A stretch of DNA of 64,000 nt. Origin: an uncultured Ignavibacteria bacterium (GTDB lineage: Bacteria; Bacteroidota; Ignavibacteria; Ignavibacteriales; Ignavibacteriaceae). Positions 9,194 through 18,990 of this stretch are shown piece by piece. The notes under the pieces were generated by a model. The model had not been told where the DNA came from. It ran no database searches and saw nothing but the letters and a program-made list of their open reading frames with translations. Position numbers and translations under genes: made by a program. Within the stretch, counting starts at the first letter, position 1. Each line of letters opens with the position of its first letter. Where the stretch lies: the NCBI GenBank assembly GCA_963747755.1, contig CAVVGK010000001.1, forward strand, positions 21,024 through 85,023, written 5' to 3'.

Positions 9194-9616
9194 TTAGGGA
9201 GCTTCTAAGACATCCTCTTTGAAGGAGGATACAATATTTTGGGCTGTAGAATCCAGTTGTGATTCCTTTGCAGTTGATAAAATTGAAGTCAGGTATGTAT
9301 AAGTTTTGTAGCCTTTACAGTCGGACGGAGCAAGGAAGACGGTTGAAAAGACGTACCCAAGCTTATCTCCTTCTTTTGTCAGGTTCTCAAACATCATAAT
9401 TTTTATCTTATAACTCTCATTATTTTCAACCAGGAATACATCGTTTATTTTTCTTAGTTCATCTTTAACAAATCCTGTGAACCTTGTTTTAATTTTATCA
9501 GGCGTCTTCTGATTCGTTGTTACTTCAACAAGAACTTTTTTATTCTGAGCAGCGACAGGTTGTACAGGTATGACGAATAGGGTTATAAGCAAATAAAAAT
9601 AAATAAAGTATTTCAT
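9194..9616 (-). CDS. Small secreted hypothetical protein
   Basis: A 140-aa ORF with a clear signal peptide (MKYFIYFYLLITLFVIPVQPVAAQ). I recognise no motif. Confidence 0.55.
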   Translation of the reverse strand: MKYFIYFYLLITLFVIPVQPVAAQNKKVLVEVTTNQKTPDKIKTRFTGFVKDELRKINDVFLVENNESYKIKIMMFENLTKEGDKLGYVFSTVFLAPSDCKGYKTYTYLTSILSTAKESQLDSTAQNIVSSFKEDVLEAP

Positions 9617-9714
9617 TAGACTGCCTTTATACTTTGGTTAATATTTAATCTGCTAAAAATATCTTTTTAATTGAGTTGTGGATGTGACCAATTGAGGGTC
9701 TATAATCCGTTCAG

Positions 9715-9749
9715 GTAAAAAATAACCCCCTGAGGATAATCAGGGGGTT
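9715..9749 (-). terminator. Rho-independent terminator of 9779..11314
   Basis: A 10-bp stem AACCCCCTGA / TCAGGGGGTT (9724-9749) is followed on the minus strand by a U-run (plus-strand AAAAAATAA at 9717-9725). Confidence 0.7.
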
Positions 9750-9778
9750 AGTAAAATATAGTGATTGATTTTAGTGGT

Positions 9779-11314
9779 TTATTGGCGTGTCATAAAATTG
9801 AACATCTCTGTGTACGTATTTCCATTATCGCCTGAATGTCCGTTTATAATTGAAATAAATGAATCAGAGGCGGCTTCATCAATTGAAGACAACGGAAAGA
9901 ACCGCATAACCATCCAGGAATAAGGGGCGTTTACAGGCAGACCAAGGCCCTGCGGAGCAAGATTTGGTATATTGGTGCTGTTTGCAGCCGTGAAAATATA
10001 ATAAACCGGGTCACCCGGATTTGAAGGCATAATCTGGATATAATTTATACCTGTTCCTCCTCCCTGCGTCCAAAGAAACTGAGTTGTGGAATCAATCTCC
10101 GTTCCATTATGGACCGGTAAATTCAGCTGCGGTGCATTAGCAAGTTCAATGATCACACCATGAGAACCTCCGGTAATGCCTTTTTTATGATAATATGTGC
10201 TGCGCTGACTAGGAAAAGCAGAAATCGCAGCCTGTACATGAATTTCAAAGCTGGTTCCTGTAATTGATGGTACACTATAGCTGAAGTTATCCGTAAGTGC
10301 CGCACCGAACTCATAGCACAGACTTATGGAAGCTCCTCCAAAATTAATCTCAAGCTGCTTCTGAGTAATATTGTAGCTGGATGATGGTTTTGTGATTGAG
10401 CCATTTATATTCATTTCAGCAGGATCAGTAAAATCGGATTCCAGGAAATTGTTCCCGCTGAAGGTTCCTCCTTCACTGATGGTGATTTGCCGGGAGCCAT
10501 ATGCGTCATATTGTGAAGGAAGCCCGGCGGTATTCACTGTCCATCTTAAAACCTGGAGTTTCCCTGAAAAAGATGATGTATTTCCTTTCCAGTCCGCAAA
10601 GATAGTGTAAGCTCCCGTTGCTTGATCAGCAGTAGTTGACCAGCCTCTTGTGCCGCTGCTGAAGCATACAAGTGTATTTTCTCCTGATACCGGGACGCTT
10701 CCACTGATCTCGGCCTGCCTGCTTGGGGTTGTTGAACCCAGATACAGAAGGCTGGGGTTAGGACTTGTTAGGCCCTGGTAAACAACAGCTGTTTTTGCTG
10801 TGCTCATTATGGTTCTTATCTCATACGGTGCAGCAACGTTCTGTATTGTAAAAGAGCCATCACTACCGGTAGTAGTAGGGGATTTGCCTTTTATTACAAC
10901 GGTAATTCCTGAGATTGGTTCTCCGTCAATATCTTTCACGTATCCATTTACAGCCATTGTTAATGAAGCGTTAACCTGCAGGGAAGCCGTAGCTGAACCC
11001 GCGGAATTCGTTGCTGTCAGAGTAAATGTTGTAGCAGCTGCAACGAAAACTGTTACGGAACCGGTGTCAGATGGTGATACCGATCCGACAGATGGTGCTA
11101 TCGACAGATTTGCAGCATTGTTGACTATCCAGCCCAATTTTACGGAGTCTCCTCCTGCCGGAACAGAGACCGGATCAGCTGTGAACGAAACAATAGTCGG
11201 ATTGACCGTCTGCTGCGGAGATGTTGTAGAATCCTCTTTACAGCCTCCTGCAAGCAGTAAAATCAGGATAGGTACACTGAACCAGAAGAATGATCTGATA
11301 CGAAAAGTAAACAT
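9779..11314 (-). CDS. Lipoprotein with Ig-like and carboxypeptidase-regulatory-like domains, function unknown
   Basis: It has the lipobox LLLAGGC, an Ig-like segment (TIVSFTADPVSVPAGGDSVKLGW...TFTLTATNSAGS) and a CarboxypepD_reg-like segment (NGYVKDIDGEPISGITVVIKG...GSFTIQNV). Confidence 0.65.
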   Translation of the reverse strand: MFTFRIRSFFWFSVPILILLLAGGCKEDSTTSPQQTVNPTIVSFTADPVSVPAGGDSVKLGWIVNNAANLSIAPSVGSVSPSDTGSVTVFVAAATTFTLTATNSAGSATASLQVNASLTMAVNGYVKDIDGEPISGITVVIKGKSPTTTGSDGSFTIQNVAAPYEIRTIMSTAKTAVVYQGLTSPNPSLLYLGSTTPSRQAEISGSVPVSGENTLVCFSSGTRGWSTTADQATGAYTIFADWKGNTSSFSGKLQVLRWTVNTAGLPSQYDAYGSRQITISEGGTFSGNNFLESDFTDPAEMNINGSITKPSSSYNITQKQLEINFGGASISLCYEFGAALTDNFSYSVPSITGTSFEIHVQAAISAFPSQRSTYYHKKGITGGSHGVIIELANAPQLNLPVHNGTEIDSTTQFLWTQGGGTGINYIQIMPSNPGDPVYYIFTAANSTNIPNLAPQGLGLPVNAPYSWMVMRFFPLSSIDEAASDSFISIINGHSGDNGNTYTEMFNFMTRQ

Positions 11315-11915
11315 GACTTCCTCCTTTAATTCTTCTTAAAATTTATATCTGCTTCGGAGAGCTTTCGAATAGTCATTTCCAATATATATCTGTCCCTGCT
11401 CATTTTCCCACTCTTACGAAGTAGAACGAATAATCATTATTAATTTGCAATTATTAATTGATAATATCAATAATTAATGATAGCTATGACTAAAATAATG
11501 AAGGAGGCGACAATATTGTCGGAAAGTCATCTGTGAAGTTCTCAGCGTTATAAACCAGGTATATAAGTATCCCCGGTAATATTTTTGTCCTGCTAAAATA
11601 GCGATCTTCACCCCGTCTATCGACGGGATCCTCGACTTCTTACGATTTTTTGGTCAGGATATTAAAACCGATCCTGTATGTAAATAAGTCTCTTACTGCA
11701 CTCCCGTTTGATCCGTCATCCCGAGTACAAATTATATAATAAAAGTGGGAGGATTCGTCTCGTTGAAGGTTTACGCTATGCCAAGAAGAGAAGCTGCAAA
11801 TATTTCCATTGCTGTTATATCGCTATTAAAATCACGGGGGTTCCGAATGGTTTCATAATATATTAATAATTGCCCAACCAACTCTTGCAGATAATTTAGT
11901 ATATTCTTAACTTTC

Positions 11916-11940
11916 TGTATCCCTTTATAGAAGGGATACA
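11916..11940. promoter_or_regulatory. Perfect 10-bp-arm palindrome immediately upstream of the TrmB-family gene (candidate operator or hairpin)
   Basis: TGTATCCCTT-TATAG-AAGGGATACA ends 34 nt before the ATG at 11974. Confidence 0.35.
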
Positions 11941-11973
11941 ATAAAGTGACGAATATAGTCTAAAAAGAGGATT

Positions 11974-12846
11974 ATGGAACTTATTACCAAACTGCAGCAG
12001 ATAGGACTTACCAAGCGGGAGGCCGAGGTTTACCTGGCACTTTTGAAGAGGAAAGAGTACACAGCTCCTGAGCTTACAAAAATAACCACCATTACGAGGA
12101 CGAAGATTTATGAAATTCTTCAAAGCCTGGTTCACAAGGGAATCGTGACAGAGAGCAGCCGGGATGGTAATAAAATGTACCGCAGCATCGATCCTCATTT
12201 AGCTTTGCAGAATATCATAGCGAACTATGAGCAGACCGTTGAGCAGAAGAAAGTAGAATTTGAACAGAAGCAGAAGTTTGATATCGAAATGAAGAGAAAT
12301 GCTGCCGGGCTGCTTGAGCAGGAATTAGTTGTGCTTCATGAAGACAGCGCCGATAACCTGGAGCCTTTCGATTATATTGAGATGCTGACCGACATACGAC
12401 AGATAGGGGAGAGATGGGTTACCATTCAACAGAATACAAAAAAAGAATTACTTGTATTTACCAAACCTCCTTATACTACTCCTGCGCTTGAGGATAATAT
12501 TGAACATGAAAAGGAGTTATTCCGGAAACAGAATATTATTGTAAAGGGACTGTATGAATACGGGGAACTTACACAGGAAGAGCTTGACAGCCTGGTAAGA
12601 TCTGTTAAGATCTACCGGGAGATCGGTGAGGAAGCCAGGCTGATAAAAAAACTTCCGATGAAACTTGTAATAAGCGACGAAGCATTAGTAATGTTTGCCC
12701 TGAATGACAGAATTTCTTTAAAGCCGAACATAACGAGTATCTATGTTGATCATCCTGCTTATGCTGCGGCATTAAAGAAAATGTTCGAGAGCTACTGGGC
12801 AGAAGGTATTAATGTGGAAGCATTCAAACAAACAATAAATAAATAA
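11974..12846 (+). CDS. TrmB-family transcriptional regulator
   Basis: The N-terminal winged HTH LGLTKREAEVYLALLKRKEYTAPELTKITTITRTKIYEILQSLVHKGIV is typical of TrmB. A C-terminal effector-type domain is present. Confidence 0.8.
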   Translation: MELITKLQQIGLTKREAEVYLALLKRKEYTAPELTKITTITRTKIYEILQSLVHKGIVTESSRDGNKMYRSIDPHLALQNIIANYEQTVEQKKVEFEQKQKFDIEMKRNAAGLLEQELVVLHEDSADNLEPFDYIEMLTDIRQIGERWVTIQQNTKKELLVFTKPPYTTPALEDNIEHEKELFRKQNIIVKGLYEYGELTQEELDSLVRSVKIYREIGEEARLIKKLPMKLVISDEALVMFALNDRISLKPNITSIYVDHPAYAAALKKMFESYWAEGINVEAFKQTINK

Positions 12847-12884
12847 TTTCTTTCTCTCCACACTATCAAAAATAAAGGATAAAT

Positions 12885-15288
12885 ATGGTTTACAAACTAT
12901 TACGATCTGCGGCCTTTTTACTGGCTTATATGATTTTAAGTTTCAATACCGCTGATGCACAATGGTACTGGCAGAACCCGCTGCCGCAGGGAAATACACT
13001 TAACTGTGTGTCTTTCTCTGATGCTGATAACGGGCTTGCTGTGGGCGAAAACGGCGTGATTATAAGGACAACTGACGGAGGAGCAACATGGGTGAACCAG
13101 CCATCCGGTTTAACCATTAATCTTAACGGTGTTTCATTCGTTGATGGATATAACGGGACCGCGGTTGGACAGAATGGTAAAATTGTGAGCACAACAGACG
13201 GCGGTGAGACATGGCTCCCGCAGGTATCAGGAACAACCTTTCAGTTTCATGCTGTTTCATTTTCAGATGCGGATCATGGTACAGCCGTTGCTAACAACGG
13301 ACTCGTGCTTAGAACAACAGACGGCGGTGCAACATGGAACCCTCAGACAAGCGGTACAACTGAAGACCTCTTCGGTGTGGATTTCGTAGATGCAAATAAT
13401 GGCACAATCGTAGGCAGCAATGGCACGATCCTGAGAACCACGAATGGCGGTACAGACTGGACTCCCCAGAACAGCGGTGTTACAAGTCTGCTGCATGGTA
13501 TTTGTTTTACTGATATTAACACGGGAACTGCATGCGGGTCAGGATGGCGTAATCCTGAGAACCACGGACGGCGGTGCTGTCTGGACACCGCAGGACGGCG
13601 GGTTAAATCCCTGGGATTACGTCTATTCAGTTTCTTTCTATGATGCCGATCATGGATCTGCAGTTGTTTCCGGAGCTGTTATAATCACTACTACAGACGG
13701 CGGTGCAAACTGGACGCCATACAGTGTAGGAACCTGGAACGACCTTAATTTTGTGTCAATGACATCAGCAAACAGCGGTGTTGCAGTCGGATTCAACGGT
13801 ATGATATACAAAACGACGAACAGCGGCACCACCTGGGAAAGCCAGCTGCAGGGAGTTTCGGATCAGGCAATCACTTCAGTTTCTTTTGCAGACAACACGC
13901 ACGGCATTGCCGTCGGTACAGGCGGTGTTATTCTTACTACTACCAATGCAGGATTGAACTGGGACAGCCAGGTCAGCGGTGTTACTGTGGAACTATACGG
14001 TGTTTCTTATACCGATATAAATACAGCAACAGCAGTTGGAATGTCGGGCGTAATTCTCAGAACTACTGATGGAGGAATTAACTGGGGCAGTCAGGCAAGC
14101 GGAACTTCTGAAAATCTTAACAGTGTTTCTTTTACTGATGCGGATAATGGTACAGCCGTTGGTCAGTCGGGTGTAATCTTAAGAACTACAAACGGCGGTA
14201 CTTCCTGGGAAACTCAGACCAGTGGAACAACCGTGGCGCTCTGGGCAGTCGCATTTTCTGATATGAATAACGGTATCGCAGCAGGGAATTCAGGTACCAT
14301 TCTCAGAACGACAGATGGAGGAACCACCTGGACACCGCAGACATCCGGTACCAACGGTTCAATATACGGCGCTTGTTCTGTCGACGCAAATACGTATTAT
14401 CTCTCCGGTTCTACTCCATATCCTGTAGTTGTAGGGCTTATCCTCAAAACAACCGACGGCGGAGCAACCTGGTCTCAGCAGAACAGCAACACAATAATGT
14501 TTCTGAACAGCATTGCTTTTTCAGATGCAGATAACGGCATCACAGGAGGTTTGAATGGTGTTATAATGCATACTACAGACGGCGGAGCCGACTGGGAGCC
14601 TATGGAAAGCAATACCGGAGCTATGGTAAGAGGTATGTACTTAGTGGATGCAAATACCGGTTATGCTGTTGGTGATAACGGAATGATCCTTAAGCTTGGA
14701 GATACGCCCATTCCCGTGGAACTGGAATCATTTACAGGACAGGCCGATGGTGATGGCATCCGGTTATCGTGGAGTACAGCCACAGAAACAAATAACTATG
14801 GTTTCAATGTTGAGCGGTTATCAAATGGTACATGGCTGCAGCTTGGTTTTGCAGGCGGCTCAGGCACTACAACATCACGCGAATCATATTCTTTCACTGA
14901 TGCAAAACCTTTACCCGGGAAAAATTACTACAGGTTAAAACAAACCGATTTCGATGGAACCTTCAAATACAGCAGCACCATTGAAGTCAGTAATGCCGGC
15001 TCGCCATCAGATTATAATTTATCGCAGAACTACCCGAATCCTTTCAACCCGGCAACTACAATAAATTATGCACTGCCTACCGACAGTCATATTAAAATAT
15101 TAGTATATAACGCGCTGGGTGAATTAGCTGAAGTTCTGGTAAACGGAATGAAGCCTGCCGGTTCCTACTCAGTCACATGGAATGCTTCTAAATATCCTTC
15201 AGGACTTTATCTCTGCAAGATAGAAGCTTCGGCGGCTGACGGTAAAAGCAATTTCTCATCAGTTAAAAAAATGATATTGATGAAATAA
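12885..15288 (+). pseudogene. BNR/Asp-box multi-blade propeller protein with T9SS CTD, interrupted by a +1 frameshift at about nt 13533
   Basis: ORFs 12885..13643 and 13444..15288 overlap and together encode one continuous Asp-box repeat array. The junction reads ...INTGTA[t]AGQDGVILRTTDGGAVW, and removing T13533 restores the frame. The C-terminus has the VELESF...TETNNYGFNVER module plus LSQNYPNPFNPATTINYALP...KKMILMK. Confidence 0.75.
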
Positions 15289-15378
15289 AAGACAGCGTGA
15301 ATATGTAGAGCGACCGGCCTTGCCTGTAGGCAGGAACGGTGTTTCGCTCAATCCAGTACAGAAAAAAAAGTCTCACTC

Positions 15379-15409
15379 AAAGGCTGCCTTAATAGGGCAG
15401 CCTTTTTTA
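15379..15409 (+). terminator. Rho-independent terminator of the BNR gene
   Basis: The stem AAAGGCTGCC / GGCAGCCTTT has a 7-nt loop and is followed by a T-run (15403-15408). Confidence 0.8.
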
Positions 15410-15622
15410 TTCATATCTGTAAGCTGCGTTTAATACGTTTTTTCTTAACTGCCGGGATGCTGCAAGACTGTTGTATATGAAAAATTTATTCTGTTTTCGA
15501 ATCCTCAGTTTATCCTTTCAAAGTATCTCTCCCCACGTGATCCCAATACAGGCAAGACTAAAAACGTAAATTTTTAATTCGGAACAACAACCTTATTGAC
15601 AGAGTTGTATATCGAATTTAAA

Positions 15623-15688
15623 ACGTATGTGAGACGAATCTGGAACGTATGTGAGACGTATGTGAGACGTATGTGAGAGGGATTTGGA
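15623..15688 (+). repeat. 11-bp tandem repeat, 6 units (4x ACGTATGTGAG, 2x degenerate ACGAATCTGGA / AGGGATTTGGA)
   Basis: Exact 11-nt register: units start at 15623, 15634, 15645, 15656, 15667 and 15678. Confidence 0.85.
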
Positions 15689-15870
15689 ATGGGGGATTAG
15701 ACTGGCATTCGGTGGTTCCCGCAGAGCGGTGCGGCCGGAATAAGTTTATTGGTAATATGCGGGATTTCGGTGATAATCGCTGTCTCAACATTGAATTGTC
15801 AATAGAATGACAACCAAATGTCAATTCGGAAATTTGAAATACACGATTCGCCCCACCACTGCGACACTCC

Positions 15871-16045
15871 AGAGGCTGTGTGAAAATCAAACTTGGGGAA
15901 CAATTCAGCGCACTGAATGCAGAGGAATGTAAGTATCTTTAAGATTCGGGTTAGCGAAACACCGTTTTCCGCCTATCAACTTTTTTATCTTAAGTTAACA
16001 GAATAGTAACCGGCGGACAAGCTGCTACATTTTCACACAGCCTCT
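15871..16045. repeat. Inverted-repeat pair IR2: AGAGGCTGTGTGAAAAT (15871-15887) / ATTTTCACACAGCCTCT (16029-16045)
   Basis: The arms are 17 bp and perfect, 141 bp apart. The interval contains the right arm of IR1, so the two pairs are interleaved. Confidence 0.85.
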
Positions 16046-16180
16046 CCATCATTCCTTCGAAGACTATCCAAGAGTTGTCATTTATCGTCACGGAATAATA
16101 GAGGGGTCATTACATTTATTTTTTTCTAAAACTTAAATTATTTTGGTATTCTAAATTTAATCTGGACAGATCTGTTCAGG

Positions 16181-18385
16181 ATGATTATTTTTATTCCGAT
16201 TATTTTCAGAAATATTAAAATTATGTACAGAATATTATTCCTGCTTTTCATGGTTAACTGTTCTTTCGCACAGCTTACCGATTACGTCAATCCTTTTATT
16301 GGAACATCGAACGGAGGGAATACTTTTCCCGGTGCGGTGCTTCCATGGGGAATGGTTTCATTAAGTCCGCAGAACTGTTTCGGATGTCCCTCAGGTTATC
16401 TTTATGGTGAAAAATATTTCTATGGTCTTGGTCATACACATCTTAGCGGTACGGGCTGTGCAGACCTTGGAGGGATTATTTTTACAATAACTTCAGGTTC
16501 AGTAAAAACCGGGCCGGAACAATACCGGCAGGCTTATTCAAACGAAATGGCAGAACCGGGCTTCTACTCAGTAACTCTGGATTCCGGAAACATTGTACTT
16601 GAGGGAACTGTAACTACGCGGAGCAGTTTTATAAAAATCATTTCAAACAGAGATCAGAAGATCAATATTTTAACCGATGCAGGCAGGAGTCTTGCAATCA
16701 CCGGCGGGGGAGAAGTAAGGATACTGACAGATTCGTCCCAGGAGGGATTCAACATCAGCGGAGGATTCTGCGGGGAAGAGAACAGGCAGAAGGTTTATTT
16801 CTATTCGGTATTAAGTAAACCTTCGGTGGAGAACGGAACCTGGAAAAACGACCGGGTCTCGAACAGCAAAGAAACAACATCGATTGATTCTTCAATAGGG
16901 ACATGGCAGGTAATCAATCTCAGCAAAGGGGAAGAGCTTCTTATCAAAACCGGGATTTCATATACAGGCACAGCAAACGCAAAACTAAACCTGGAATCAG
17001 AAATTCCCGGCTGGGATTTTAATAAGATCAGAAGTGAGGCCCGGAAATCCTGGGAGGATGTTTTATCGAGGATAATTATAAGAGACAGGAGCGACAGTAA
17101 TAAGGTAATATTTTATACCGCATTATATCACTCACTTATACATCCCAACATTATCAGCGACGTCAACGGTGATTACCCGCTTATGAACAGAACCGGGACA
17201 GGAAATTATAAAGACAGGAACAGGTACTCGGTTTTTTCACTATGGGATACCTACAGGACGCTGCATCCTTTTCTGACATTAGTATATCCTGAACGTGAAT
17301 CAGAAATAGTAAAAACAATGCTGGATATGGCAAAGGAGAACGGATACCTGCCGAAGTGGGAACTTGCAGGAAATGAAACATATATGATGGTTGGTGCCCC
17401 GGCAGATATAGTAATTGCTGATACTTATATAAAAGGGGTAACGGACTTTAACGCAGATACGGCGTTGTTCTATATGATGAAGCCTGCTATATTAAAAGAC
17501 AAGGAGAAAGCTCCGCCTGTAAGAGCGGGTTATCATGAGCTTCTGCAATACGGGTATATACCTTCTGAGCAGGACCGGAATGAAGACTGGTGGGTATGGG
17601 GACCGGTATCGACTACGCTGGAGTACTGCTTCTCTGATTTTGCTATAGCAGGCCTTTCCCGGGCTCTTAATGATGATCCGGATTATAAGATTTTCAGCAA
17701 ACGATCATTATTCTACAAAAACCTTTTTGACGACAGCACTCAATTTTTTCGACCGAGATCGAAAAAAGGGAACTTTATAACTCCATTTGATTCATTGGCC
17801 CTTGAGGGCTCAGGTGATTGGGCTGGTTCAGGCGGACCGGGGTATGTAGAAGGAAATGCCCGCGATTATGCATTTTACATCCCTTTTGATGTTGAAGGCC
17901 TGATCAGGCTTTACGGAGGAGAATCGGGGTTCTTCAAAAAACTTAAATTTTATTTTGATAAGAATCTCTTCAGTCTGAATAACGAACCTGAAATGTTCTA
18001 TCCGTACCTTTTTACATACATTTCAGGAAAAGAATCAAAAACAGGGGAACTTGTTTCTTCAATAATAAAAAAAAGTTTTAATACCGGCGCAGGCGGGCTG
18101 CCGGGGAATGATGACTGCGGTGCTATGTCAGCCTGGTACCTTTTCTCTTCTATGGGTTTCTATCCCGTTTGTCCTGCTTCAGATGAATACAGGCTGGGTA
18201 TTTCTGCATTCGACAGGATTGAGATAAAACTAAACCAAAAATATTATCCGGGTGAAAAAATTATTATTGAGAAAGAATATAAGCCGGAGAATACAGGAGG
18301 AATTTTGTTGAACGGAGTAAGGTTAAAGGATTTTAAAATTAGCCATACAAAATTAATTTCAGGCGCTGTTATTATTTTCTATTGA
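16181..18385 (+). CDS. GH92 alpha-mannosidase
   Basis: It carries VNPFIGTSNGGNTFPGAVLPWGMVSLSPQ and GNDDCGAMSAWYLFSSMGFYPVCP, both GH92 hallmarks. The likely true start is the ATG at 16223 (MYRILFLLFMVNCSFAQ signal peptide). Confidence 0.9.
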   Translation: MIIFIPIIFRNIKIMYRILFLLFMVNCSFAQLTDYVNPFIGTSNGGNTFPGAVLPWGMVSLSPQNCFGCPSGYLYGEKYFYGLGHTHLSGTGCADLGGIIFTITSGSVKTGPEQYRQAYSNEMAEPGFYSVTLDSGNIVLEGTVTTRSSFIKIISNRDQKINILTDAGRSLAITGGGEVRILTDSSQEGFNISGGFCGEENRQKVYFYSVLSKPSVENGTWKNDRVSNSKETTSIDSSIGTWQVINLSKGEELLIKTGISYTGTANAKLNLESEIPGWDFNKIRSEARKSWEDVLSRIIIRDRSDSNKVIFYTALYHSLIHPNIISDVNGDYPLMNRTGTGNYKDRNRYSVFSLWDTYRTLHPFLTLVYPERESEIVKTMLDMAKENGYLPKWELAGNETYMMVGAPADIVIADTYIKGVTDFNADTALFYMMKPAILKDKEKAPPVRAGYHELLQYGYIPSEQDRNEDWWVWGPVSTTLEYCFSDFAIAGLSRALNDDPDYKIFSKRSLFYKNLFDDSTQFFRPRSKKGNFITPFDSLALEGSGDWAGSGGPGYVEGNARDYAFYIPFDVEGLIRLYGGESGFFKKLKFYFDKNLFSLNNEPEMFYPYLFTYISGKESKTGELVSSIIKKSFNTGAGGLPGNDDCGAMSAWYLFSSMGFYPVCPASDEYRLGISAFDRIEIKLNQKYYPGEKIIIEKEYKPENTGGILLNGVRLKDFKISHTKLISGAVIIFY

Positions 18386-18502
18386 ATTATGAGTATTGAA
18401 TAGATTGCACAGATCAAATTGATTGACACAGATTTCAGTAAAAATAAGGTAAAAGGTTGAGATTCTTTTAGTAGAGACTATGTTACTAAGGTTGGTATGA
18501 GA

Positions 18503-18990
18503 TAATTAATTTTCTGTTAAGACCGGTTATTTCGATACGTTCCTATTGTATACGAATCTTGCTTCATTCGGAACACTCGATAACCGCGATAATTATATCC
18601 GACCTGTCCCGCCTCTTGCCTTCATCAGGGCGGGTTTATCCCAAGCTTATTGGTCGGGATCCGATTAACCTGCTGGAACTTTTGTGTAGGCAGACCTTCG
18701 TTTCCTTCAAGTCGGGATGTTGAGCGCAGCAAATCGAGGACAGGGTAATTGTAAAATGTTCTCTGGTAATTAATTTTCTATTAAGACCGGTTATCTCGAT
18801 ACGTTCCTCATTCCGCTCGCTATATTTTTACGAATCTCGCTTCATTCGGAACACTCGATAACCGCGATAATTATTAAATCTTTCGCGGTGTCCGACCTGT
18901 CCCGGCCTTTTCCTTCATTAGGTCGTGAGTGCCTCGCCTTCGTTTACTATTTGGCGAGGTGTATCGAGGACACCGTATTAGAGATATTTA
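18503..18990 (+). repeat. Mosaic repeat array B, paralogous to array A (same orientation, modules shuffled)
   Basis: 18927-18990 is 64/64 identical to 9000-9063. About 150 bp (18745-18902) is near-identical to 8790-8940. One copy carries an internal deletion and one hairpin copy is decayed. Confidence 0.85.

Larger units (their letters stand above)
15335..15966. repeat. Inverted-repeat pair IR1: AACGGTGTTTCGCT (15335-15348) / AGCGAAACACCGTT (15953-15966)
   Basis: The arms are 14 bp and perfect. An imperfect extension (TAGGC.GG.AA) brings them to about 22 bp. They enclose a 604-bp segment. Confidence 0.85.

Noticed and set aside
10800-11339. 179-aa plus-strand ORF antisense to the 511-aa lipoprotein gene
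   Set aside because: It is fully embedded antisense in a longer gene with clear domain content, and it has no start context. The same reasoning applies to the other long antisense ORFs (40983..41444, 43483..43971, 45799..46260, 48481..48948, 51990..52388, 56057..56545).
15496-15504. tRNA T-loop-like TTCGAATCC
   Set aside because: The flanking 5-nt segments (CTGTT / CCTCA) cannot form a T-stem, and no acceptor or anticodon arms can be drawn.
15618-15890. 90-aa minus-strand ORF in the BNR-GH92 intergenic region
   Set aside because: It reads through the 11-bp tandem repeat (giving the repetitive THTSHI-like peptide). It has no RBS and lies inside the inverted-repeat-bounded non-coding segment.
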